Assembly (NCBI GenBank): GCA_051294375.1
Contig: CM119268.1
Location: 20,495,797-20,559,796 of the forward strand
DNA: 64,000 bases
Direction: 5' to 3'
Source: Paraspadella gotoi
Taxonomy: Eukaryota; Animalia; Chaetognatha
Shown: one piece after another, positions 52,816 through 64,000 of the stretch
Position numbering within the stretch: position 1 is the first letter of the stretch
Layout: every line of letters starts with the position of its first letter
Translations under genes and position numbers: made by a program
Notes under the pieces: generated by a model
The model's input: only the letters and a program-made list of their open reading frames with translations
Databases searched by the model: none
Told to the model about the DNA's origin: nothing

Positions 52816-54207
52816 TTCTTTATCCCTGACATCTTTGGTGACCAAAATCACCGAAGATTTATTTAATTTAGATTTTTCGCGAACATTAAACGTTCCACTT
52901 TCTCACGTGGAATTCTTTTTTGCCATTCAAGGTTAAAGCACGCCAACGTACGATCACGATGCTGATGTGATGAACGGAAAAGTCTAAGCCAGCGGCTGGC
53001 GATTTCTCATTCATTCATTCATTCATTCATTCATTCATTCATTCATTCATTCATTCATTCTTTCATTCATTCATTCATTCATTCATTCATTCATTCATTC
53101 ATTCATTCATTCATTCATTCTTTCATTCATTCATTCTTTCATTCATTCTTTCATTCATTCTTTCATTCATTCTTTCATTCATTCATTCTTTCATTTAGCT
53201 TTCAATGACCTTGATTTTATCATTAATAATTATCATTGATAACGCTTTTCATTTATCACGTAATTTTCCTCGTGTTTTTTCGCCAAATGTGTTTCTTTAT
53301 TAGCGCCATTTGTTCACAGCGTTGGTGGCGCCATCTCTTGGTAGCGCCATCTCTTCCTCGCGTCTCTAATCTTCCTCCTTTCGAAATATCTTCAATGTCT
53401 TCAACTCTTTCCTCTAATTTTCCTTTTGTATTCATTTTACTTTCTCTCTTTTTTACTTTCACATTTGTGAATTTAACTTTTCACTTTCACTCAAGTTCCT
53501 CTTCACACTTTTGTGAGTGTCTCACGAACCCCAACAATTTCAGCCGACAACATTGAATCGACGACAACGAGGACAACGACAACAAAAACGATGACAACAA
53601 CGACAAAGGCGCCACGAAGATAAGACCGCTAACGTAAAGGAGAGAAAAGATGTAATAACGACAACAAAGACGCGTGAGAATTTTACCGAGAAAGAAAATG
53701 TAAATTAAATTATAAACAAAATTTTTTAAAATTTTTTTAGTTGTAAATAATATAATCTGATTTTAAATTCCCGAGAAACGAAGATTTAAAAATTTAAAAG
53801 TTAGTTATTTAACTATGTGACTATTATTAAACTTTTTAGATATTTATAATAAAAGAAAGTAGTAGATGATTACTAATTTGTTCTTTCTTTCCACTGAAGA
53901 GACAGTAATTATTGATAAGTGTTAATGACAGAACCGTCCCATATCATCATTACCTGAGCTTCGGATCAGGCTGTAACACCATGTGACAGACGGGTTAAGC
54001 GCCTCGTCCCTCTTTACTGCCAGACGACAACCGGGCTAGAACCCCGGACCTTTGGGTTGGGAGGTGAATGACTTGCCTCCGGCACCAATGGCGGTTGGTG
54101 GATTTTAGTCCACCATACCACCATAATTGACGGAAGAATGTTAGATTCTTATCGAAACCTGATACAAAAAAGTCATTTTCGCTTTGACTTACAAGAAATG
54201 TATTTTT

Positions 54208-54312
<105 letters not shown>

Positions 54313-54859
54313 AATATAAGCGAGGAAGCAGAGAGGGTTGCGCTGTTCAAGGGACTGAGCACTATATAAATGTCTGTTTTTTTGGGGGGAGATAAGAAGT
54401 AAGGTATAAGGGGTAAGGTATAAGGGGTAAAAAAGATAAGAAGTAAGGTATAAGGGGTAAGGGGTAAAAGTATAAGGGGTAAGGGGTAAAAGAGATAAGA
54501 AGTAAGGTATAAGGGGTAAGGGGTAAAAGTTGTAAATTACTGAAGTTAATCCAGGTTTGTCCGCTTAATAAAATTGCTTCAAATACTCATTTATGTATAT
54601 TTCAACGTAAAATTTAAACTGGAAAGAAAATGTGGGAGGTTTTGGATTTAATGGTTGTTCAAAGTTATACCGCATATAAAAAGTGGCGGCTAATGGTGGG
54701 TGGTGGACCCCGGTGGGTGGTACATCCCCGTCGTCAATCAAATAACTATTTGGTGATGTTGTGGCTGCCCCGAACTCTGATCCCTTTTTCGTTGGTATCG
54801 GAAACAGATAACACGCGGACCAGCATAAACTAACGCCATTACAACCGGAAGAGAGAAGG

Positions 54860-54910
<51 letters not shown>

Positions 54911-56575
54911 AAAAAGGGGAAGACATCAAGAACTAGAAGAATTATGGTGTAGAGTGAGAGCGAGGAAAAAACAGGAGGGGATTTGAAGAAATGATAAGAA
55001 TTAAGAAAGAAAGAAGAGATAAAAAAAAAAGAAAGTGAGAAGGAATATTCGTCAACCTTGATTATTGGGGATGAGTAAAAAAAAAAATTAGAAAAAAGGA
55101 AAAGGAAGAAATCATTGAAAAAAAGGAAAAAAAGAAGTGCAATAGTAAGGAAGGGAATTGAAGACCGGCTTTTGCTACTGGTGAGTGTCGGCAACTAAGA
55201 TACCAACATTGGTTTGAATGTGGAGATCCAAAGTGCCAAATTTAAATGAGTGTCGGCAATTAAGACGCCAATGTTGGTATGTATGTGAGCATCCTACGTG
55301 CCAAATTAAAGCGAGTGTCGGAATTGAAGGTGCCAACGTTGGCAAGAATATGAGCATCCAAAGAGCCAATTTTAAGCAAGCGACGACATTGCAGGAGCCA
55401 ATTTTGGTAGGCGCCAGTATTGGCTTTGCGGGTAACTATGTTGGCATGATTAAAATTCAAAGGAGTGTCTGCATCATAGGAACCAATGTTGATACAAGTT
55501 GGCATCAAGGGAGACAATAATTAAACATAGAAATGTGGGGAGAAAAAATTGACAAGAGCAAAAAGTTAGCAAGAATGTGGGCATTTAGAACTACAATGTT
55601 GGCACAAACGTGGGCATCCAAAGCGCCAATGTTGGGATGAGCGTCGGCAACCAAAAAAAGTGAACGTCGACACGATCTGACTAACGGAATGATGAATGGC
55701 ATCAAAGGGAGAAGAGATCGAGGAAAATGCAGAACCAATGTTTATCAATCATGTCAGTGCGATGAGGCGGTGGTGAGGTGGTGGAGGTGGGAAAGGGGTT
55801 AAGGGGGGCGGCGATTCCGAGAGAAGGGCGGAAGATGCGACAGCTGAAGCAGACGACGCAGACGATGCAGCTGAAGCAGACGACGCAGCGGACGCAGCCA
55901 AAGCTGACGACGCAGCCAGGGCAGACGACGAAGCTGACGGCTTTAAACTTTTTTAATCCACCGTCACCACCGATTTTCGACACGTCCACTTTTTAACGCC
56001 AATTTTTTTGTTTCACTAAATCACTTTTTTGAGAGTTCGGTATTTGTCAGGTGGGCGATTGTTGATTCGTGAATGAAAAAAAAATATTTTAATGGTTAAT
56101 TTTAAATCATTTGGTGTATTTATTCCTTTCTTTTCGTTGGTTTTTTCACGATCAAACTTTCACTTTGCTCTGATGAAATCTAACACATGGCCGAAAAATA
56201 TACGTTTAATAAATTAAACTGTATTTTCGTTGAAACAAAGTGAAAATTGTTTGACTTTTAAAAAAACAAAGTGTAATAAAAACTTGTTACAGACTTTCAC
56301 GCGCCACGAAGCCTTAAAAATTATAAGGGTTGTTTAAAAAAACTTTGCTATTTGATTTACATAACACCACCCCCACAACTACTCTTAAAAGATTCTTCAC
56401 CACCACCATCAACTCCACTACCACCACCACAACCCCTTTCACCACCGACGTTGCCACAAGTTGACCTGAGAGAAAAGTAAAAAAATATTAACGAGGAGAA
56501 AGAGAAAAGAATCTGGGCAGGATTGATGGAACCGCTTTGCCTGGGATTCTTTTTCCTTTTGCCTCGTCTGTCTTG

Positions 56576-56639
<64 letters not shown>

Positions 56640-57983
56640 TCCTCTCTCTCTCTCTCTCTTTACCCCTTTTTCTTCTGCCTTTTTCTCCGATAATTGCAGA
56701 GACGTTTTTTCCCCTTTTTCCAAATTTACGATTAAGTTTTATCTCCTTTCAGTTTTTCCCTTCGATTCTTTTCATCCCCTTAAATCTGGTTTTCTTTAAA
56801 CAGGTCTGTTCACCGGCAAATATTGGGTTAAATTTTAAACAAAAATTGATAGAAAAATACGGTCATATCATTTTTAATTTTCATTATACATTTACGAACA
56901 ATTTTTCCCACCATCCATATTTCCATTCATTCCTTCATTTATTTGTTCGTTCATTCATTCATTAATTCATGCTTTTATTCATTAATTCATTCAATAATTC
57001 ATTCTTTTATTAATTAATTCATTCCTTTATTCATTCATTCATTCATTCATTCATTCATTCATTCATTCATTCATTCATTCATTCATTCATTCATCCATCC
57101 ATCCATCCATCCATCTGTCCATCCATCTATCCATCCCTGTCTAATGTGTCCATATTTGCTCAGTCCGTAAAAACGATTCAAACGTCACAAGGAAAAGTTG
57201 AGTCCGGATGGGGGGCGGCGTTTTTGTCGCCGCGGCGTCGGCGATGGCAGCAGCAGCGGCGTTGACGCCGGCGTCGGCAGCGGCGTCAATTAAGGCGTCA
57301 CTCAAAGTTCTCGCTTCTATTCTCGGCGGCGTCATCCGCGTGGGCGTCGGCGAGTCGGCGTCGGCTTGAGTGACGTCGTAGGTCATTTAAACCGGAAGTG
57401 AATTATATACGGAAACGTCAGCGCGGATGAAAGTCACTAGAGGTTTGACTAAAGGTTTTATGATAGAATCTAAACTGGATAAAGTCTTATTATTTTTGAT
57501 CGTAGAGTGACTTTAGGATTTAATTCACTTTTCAAACTCAATTTTTTTAAAAAATAAACTTTCAAGTCAAAAGACGACGATATCAAAAGTAGCTCGATGA
57601 CTCTCTCTCGGTTCCGCTTCTCGTCGGTAAACGTTTCTGTAATTTTCTTTTGTTGTGTCGTTATCTCGTTTTGGTTTGAGGTGGAAGAGAGAGAAGAGTG
57701 AGATGGAGGAGGGGGAGAGAGAAGAGTGAGAGGGAGGAGGGGGGAAGAGAAAAGAGTGAGTGGGAGGAGGAGATGGGAAGAGAATTGAAGCGAGGGAGGA
57801 AAGTCAGGGGAGGAAGGAGGTGAAAGAAGAAAGGAAGGAGATATTACGCGGTCCAAATCCTTGCAGTTTAAACGTTTAAACGTAATCGCAACAGTTTCGG
57901 GGAAGCTAACTATAAGTTCACCGCCACTACGCCCTACGGCGGCCTTCGCCGGGATCTCATTCCGGCGGCGGAGAAAATGGCCC

Positions 57984-58069
<86 letters not shown>

Positions 58070-58374
58070 GAATAAAATCAAATCAAATCAAATCAATCTC
58101 TCTCTCTCTCAAACGTTCTTCTTTGTTTTTCTAGACTTTTACTAACTTTTTTTTATTTTTAATTTCTATTTTTTTAAACAATTAGGAAAATAATATATTT
58201 TTTTAAAATTTAATTAAATTTAATTAATCATATTAAATTAACAAAATGTTTGATTGGAAAGTAAGAAAAAAAGAAAGTAAAATAAAAAAAATAAAGGAAT
58301 ACAGAGAGAGTAAGAGAGAGAGAAAGAGGAAAAAGAGTGAGTGAAAAAGAGAGAGAGAAAGAGACAGAGAGAGA

Positions 58375-58429
<55 letters not shown>

Positions 58430-59732
58430 TGAAAAAAAGAGAGAGTGAGGGAGTTGTGATAGCTTCCCGACTGGGATTTATTCTAGGAATTCGCGGCGGG
58501 ATCGGGCTTCAATCTGCGATCCCCTTCAAAAATCGAGGCGGGGATTCCCCCTAGTGGTTAAAAAATGAACAGTTGTAGGGAACAGTGGCAGAGTGCTGTG
58601 AGAACTGTCCCCTTATTGCCAGTTCGAACTGAGCGTTTATGAGCCGCCTCATACTTGAAATTTATGAGGCTGGAAGGAGTCTGTCGGTAAGCAATAGAAT
58701 ATGAGGAGATTTTACCCAAAATTATATTTTTCATAAATTCATTGCAGAGAAATCAAGGCCCCAGAATCGAAATCGGATCAACGACTCGGATAAAATCTAC
58801 CGGAAGTAGAATGGAACATTCTCATTGGTGGAGAGACAGATGGCATCGGCCAATGATCAGATGGCCGGGGATTTTTACCCTTACCCCCGATCCGATGAAC
58901 CTGTATAAATTGCAACCCAAATCTGTATTGATTCACTCTGCCCAAAATATTGACACCGTCCTGTTTTATGGTCTTTATTCTGAAGAAATAAAATCGACTT
59001 GATTTCGTCTCGAATCACCTGTCCACTTACTAAATTGAATTTTTGAAACATTCTCCATCACAATTCCTTGTGATTTCACACAATTCCTCGCAATTTCTCA
59101 CAATTCTTCATCGTCACCCAGAGTTTTTTTTTGCTCCATTGGTGTCAACTTTTCTCTCTTCTCTTTTTTTCTCTTTTTTTCTCTTTTTTTCACATTTTTC
59201 ATTTTGCCTCTGAACCATTTACTCTTCATTATTTTTCATTATACTAAGCGTTTCCGTAGTAGTAAGCGGAACTAATCGATTCTATGCATTTTGATCGTAA
59301 AAGGGAAGAAGAAAATCGAATTATGTCTGGAGAAGATCTTTCGGCCATAATTTCCAAAGGCGACTCATTTCAAGTTAATTTTGATTCAACGACTAAAAGA
59401 TAAAGCTAAGAACAGAAATGGGGCGCTTTTAGAAAAGAGTGGTTTCTACAGTGTGTCCCATTGGTACTGTCTGTTAATGATTATCATCGCATTAATGATT
59501 ATCATCGCATCAATCATTTGGTTATGATCGCATCAATAATTAATTACTATTACATCAATCAATTACTATTACATCAATCAATTATTATTACATCAATCAA
59601 TTACTATTTCATCAATAATTCGTTATCGCATCAATCATTCATTTTTTTTTCCGGATTTTTTCATTAATTTTCTTTGATAGTAATGTCTGGCGAGATCACA
59701 AGACTTTAGATTTTTTGTCTTTTTAAATAATA

Positions 59733-60698
59733 CAGATCTGCTCAAAAAAAGTTTAAACTTTGAACCCCTTACTATCTCGCTTGTTTGTCGTCCTATTAAT
59801 TAAATATTTGGCTCATATGAAAGCCAAAACAAATATCCTTCATTCGAGCCCATGACGAGGTTTTTAGGCTAAATATTATAGTAGCAGTGTTAAAATCAAA
59901 AATTTTGTCTTACAATTTTCTTTTTTTTCGAAAATTTTTTTTTATCCATCTTTTGTTTTTTGTTTTTTGATGTTTTTTTACCATGGAAATTTCAAAACAG
60001 CTAAACCCCTCCCAAAAAAGCTGCAATTGTTGAGCTTTGGAAGGCGGGTTTATCAAGATATAGGATCGCCAAACAGCTTCATTTCTCTCCTACAGCCATC
60101 TGCAGATTTGTCAACAAATTTGAAGCAAATGGAAACCTTGGACGAGCTGTTGGAAGCGAGTGGCCTTGCATGTCCACGAAGAGCAAGGACAATGACCTGG
60201 AAAGTCTTGCAATTCAAGACCGTAAGGCTTCTGCAAGCCAGTTGAGAAAAAATAGAGAAAAGAAGAATTGTTGCCAGTCATTTAACAGTGAATGGGTAGC
60301 TTTTCATGGAGGATAGAGCTCCTGGATACAAAGTCAAACCCCTCAAAAAATTTCATGAGGAAAACGGGATGGAGGTGCTTGAAGGTTAGCTTGGAAACTC
60401 GCCTGACTGCAACATCATCGAAAATGTCTGGTCAAGAATGAAAAGGGACATTTTGCAGTACAACACCATGACAGTCGACAAAATCAAGAAAATTTTGAAA
60501 CACCTTTAGGGGAGCTGAACCCTTAATATTTGCCCAGCCTCTACGACTCTCTCCCTTGTCTCATGGAAACGGTGCTGGAAGCAAATAGTGGTCCGACAAT
60601 GTATTAACTAACTGAGTCCTAAAAAGTATTATTTTCCTTCAAATAACGAAATAAAATGCTTTTATCATAACTATTAAACTTTTTTTTGAGCAGATCTG
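59733..60698 (+). mobile_element. Internally deleted Tc1/IS630-family DNA transposon with transposase pseudogene
   Basis: TIRs CAGATCTGCTCAAAAAAAGTTTAA / TTAAACTTTTTTTTGAGCAGATCTG flanked by TA (59731-32, 60699-700). N-terminal HTH ELWKAGLSRYRIAKQLHFSPTAICRFVNKFEANG. Catalytic remnant FMEDRAP...*LGNSPDCNIIENVW. C-terminus LYDSLP...VLEANSGPTMY*. Confidence 0.93.
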
Positions 60699-61433
60699 TA
60701 ATGTATAACATATTTTAAAGAAATTACAGAAGCTAGTAAAAGGTGACGACGTTAAAACTGTATTTTTTTACGCATCTTTCATTCGATTCATCAATTTTTC
60801 TTTAATTTCTCTCTTCTCTTCTTTTCTTCCCATTTTTTCACCTTCCTTCTCTTTCCCTCTTTATCTTTATCCTTTTTCTGTTTCTTCTATCCTCCAACTT
60901 CTATCCTTCTTATATCCTCAAACTTCTGTTCTTCTGTCGTTTCCTTTATAAAATTCTTCTCTTCCTCGCATTCCTCTTCCTCCAGCATCATGAGCCCATT
61001 TTTCCACGTTCCTCCTCCTCCTCCTCCTTCTTCTTCTTCTTCTTCTTCCCCGGCTCCTCGTTTTTCTCTTCGTGTTCTCCTCGTTATCGTCGTCCACGTC
61101 AGGTCGTCGTCGTCGTCGTCGTCGTCGTCGTTATCTCTCTTCTTCTTTCCTTCATTCCTTTTTCTCCTTTTTCTTTCCTTCTTTCCATTTTCGTCTCCAC
61201 GTTTCTTCTTTTGGACGTAATTTTTTTTCTTCCGCCGAAAAAAGAAAATAAATTTACGTTTCCCATTTTTTTTCTCCCTTTTTTTATTGACTTTTGTTCT
61301 TTCTCTTTCCAGCCATTTTGTCTTTAGAGTTCCAATTATTTCTTTTAAGTCCTTTATATCAAAAAGGACCTGTGATGATATTTACATGTGCTAATGTGTC
61401 GTTATTTTTTATTTTTTTATCTTCATCCTTATT

Positions 61434-61481
<48 letters not shown>

Positions 61482-61522
61482 TTTTTTCTTTTCATATATT
61501 TATTTATTTATTTATTTATATA

Positions 61523-61554
<32 letters not shown>

Positions 61555-62739
61555 AAATTTATTTATTTATTTATTTATTTATTTTTTTTTCTTTCTTTCT
61601 TTCTTTCTTTCTTCTGTCTTCCTCTCTTTATTTATTCATTTTCTTTCCTCAGTCTTCTTTCTCAGCGGCCAAACCTCGTTCCCTTCCGAACACCGCGAGA
61701 TCTTATTTTTAAACTCGTCCTCTTTCTTTTTTCTCCTCGTAAATATCTTCTTTGTTTTCAATTTCTGTCGTCGTCATCGTCATCGTCGTTGTCGTCGTCG
61801 TTGTCGTCGTCGTCCTCGACAACAAAAGAAAATGATGAAAACGACGAATTTACGACGTAATCAAGAAACCATAACGACCACGACGACGACCACGACGACG
61901 ACAACAACGACGACCACAATGACGACCNNNNNNNNNNNNNNNNNNNNNNNNNNNNNNNNNNNNNNNNNNNNNNNNNNNNNNNNNNNNNNNNNNNNNNNNN
62001 NNNNNNNNNNNNNNNNNNNNNNNNNNNNNNNNNNNNNNNNNNNNNNNNNNNNNNNNNNNNNNNNNNNNNNNNNNNNNNNNNNNNNNNNNNNNNNNNNNNN
62101 NNNNNNNNNNNNNNNNNNNNNNNNNNNNNNNNNNNNNNNNNNCGACGACCACGACGACGACCACAACGACGACCACAACGACGATCACAACGACGACCAC
62201 AGCAAGACGTAAACAAACGCGAATCGAGAAAAACAGAAAGGAATTTGATAAACGGTGACAACGATGATGACGACGTCTTGTTCATCGTCGTCGTCGTCGT
62301 CTTCATCGTAGTCTTCATTGTCGTCTTCATCGTCAGCGTCGTCATAGTCTTCATCGTAGTCTTCATCATCGTCTTCATCGTCATCTTTATTGTTGTCTTC
62401 ATCGTTGTCATCATCGTCGTCGTNNNNNNNNNNNNNNNNNNNNNNNNNAAAAAGAGAAGAATCCATCTCAAGTTTTTCATTATCCTCTTTTTGATCCTCT
62501 TTCGTTCGTCCAACATCAACGTGTTTTGTTCTCATTTTTTCTTCTTCCTTCTTACTCAATCGATCCTGTTCTTCCACGCTCAAAGTTTTCGTTCTCCTTT
62601 TCTTCTCGTTCTTTTCGCTTCAATCGATCTTGTTCTCGCTCCTTGACTAGTTTCATTCTGCTTCTCTCTCTCGTTCTGTTTCCCTACATGGTCCTTGTTC
62701 TCCTAAACAGTTTTTCGTTTTCCTTCTTCTTTTCTTTTG

Positions 62740-63250
62740 CCTTCATCGAGCCTCGTTTCCTCCACCTCAACAGTTTTCGTTCTCCCTTTTTTCTAATCGT
62801 TCTTTTTGCCTTCATCGAGCATCGTTCTCCACCTCAACATTTTCATTCTCTTTTTTTCTCTCGTTCTTTTTGCTTTCATCGAGCATCCGTTCTCCCCCTC
62901 AAACAGTTTTTGTTCTCCTTTTTATCTCATTCTTTTTGCCTTCATTGAGCATCGTTCCCCCACCTCAAACAGTTTTCGTTCTCGCTTTTTCTCTTGTTCT
63001 TTTGCTTCATCAAGCATCGATTCTCCACCTCAACAATTTTGCGTTCTCCTTTTTTATCTCATTCTTTTTGCCTTCATTGAGCATCGTTCCCACCTCAACA
63101 GTTTTCGTTCTCTTTTTTTCTCTTGTTTCTTTGCCTTCAATCGAGCATCGTTCTGCGCACCTCAACAGTTTTCGTTCTCACTTTTTTTATCTCGTTCTTT
63201 TTGCCTTCATAGAGCATCGTTCTCGGCACCTCAACAGTTTTCGTTCTCGC
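62740..63250. repeat. Minisatellite, ~63-bp unit (TTGCCTTCATCGAGCATCGTTCTCCACCTCAACAGTTTTCGTTCTC...)
   Basis: About 8 tandem units. These generate the Phe/Ser-rich ORFs 62806 and 62870. Confidence 0.92.
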
Positions 63251-63252
63251 AC

Positions 63253-63419
63253 CTGCCGCCAATTTTTTCGCCTCCCAACTTTCTTTTTCGCGTCGAACGA
63301 CAAGGAAAATTGCTCAGAGGCCACCGCCACAGTAGCGGGGGAGGTCATCTCAACTTGGCACACTTGCCGCAGTGCCTCTTTGCGATAGGCTGGCAATGCA
63401 TACGGCTGCCCTTTACACC
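63253..63419 (-). CDS. Possible isolated coding exon of unknown product
   Basis: Non-repetitive, GC-richer block bounded on the minus strand by ...ACAACAAAG| and CAG|GTGCGA. One frame is open (CKGQPYALPAYRKEALRQVCQVEM...NWRQ). No recognisable domain. Confidence 0.2.
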
Positions 63420-63646
63420 TTTGTTGTAAGAAATACTACAATCAAATGTTGTTCAATTGTCAACGAAAGAAAACCGTTCAATTTGATGGGTAAATCTGTT
63501 AACAAAGGTAACCACAAAGCTTGCCAAAGTCAAGGATGTGTCATTCATAGAGATTTTCTGGTAAAAAAATGACCAATCGAATCTTATACTTCGACTTTTC
63601 CGTCAAAACCATTTTTAAGCCATGAAACGCACCGTGAAAAAATAAA

Positions 63647-63692
<46 letters not shown>

Positions 63693-64000
63693 TCCTTTAT
63701 TTTAAATCAGCATAAACGAGTAAATATGAAAATAATAAAAAAACAACTGAGTAAAATCAAACTAGACATAAAAATGAGACAAATTCCTTTCCATGGAAGA
63801 AAACATAAAAATAACATGATAGAAGAAGAAACTCTGACTTCAATAGTGACCTTGTCAGGAGTCACCCCACACCAATCACGCAGTTTCGGTCACCAGTCAA
63901 CACTCACAGTTTACCAGGTTATCAAGATATAATAAACTTACAAACTTAACAAAACTCGAACCAAACGAACAATCTCACAAAACTCTCACACAGTCTCTCA

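Noticed and set aside
58742-59002. 86-aa ORF after an AG acceptor-like site
   Set aside because: No recognisable homology, convincing donor site or partner exons.

Overview
AT-rich, microsatellite-dense eukaryotic genomic DNA. It is most likely from a non-vertebrate animal (CpG not obviously depleted, animal-type transposons), but the taxon cannot be determined from the sequence. I found no intact host protein-coding gene. Nearly all ORF-track entries are translations of (GA)n/(CT)n, (GCC)n, (GAC)n, minisatellites or N gaps. What the sequence does support: (1) a dispersed family of minimal type-I hammerhead-ribozyme (HHR) motifs with a shared downstream tail, typical of Penelope-like element pseudo-LTRs; (2) a non-autonomous hAT element with an 8-bp TSD that carries an inverted pair of these HHR/pLTR segments; (3) an internally deleted Tc1-family element with TIRs, TA TSD and D35E spacing; (4) several decayed non-LTR retrotransposon (LINE) fragments; (5) a tRNA-derived SINE-like sequence and a tRNA-Cys 3' fragment; (6) foldback-like and MITE-like inverted repeats and many minisatellites. 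The assembly is low quality: indel-noisy stretches, five gaps of exactly 25 N, and a ~6.9-kb tandem duplication across one such gap that is probably a gap-filling artefact. All calls were made by eye, and no database searches were run.
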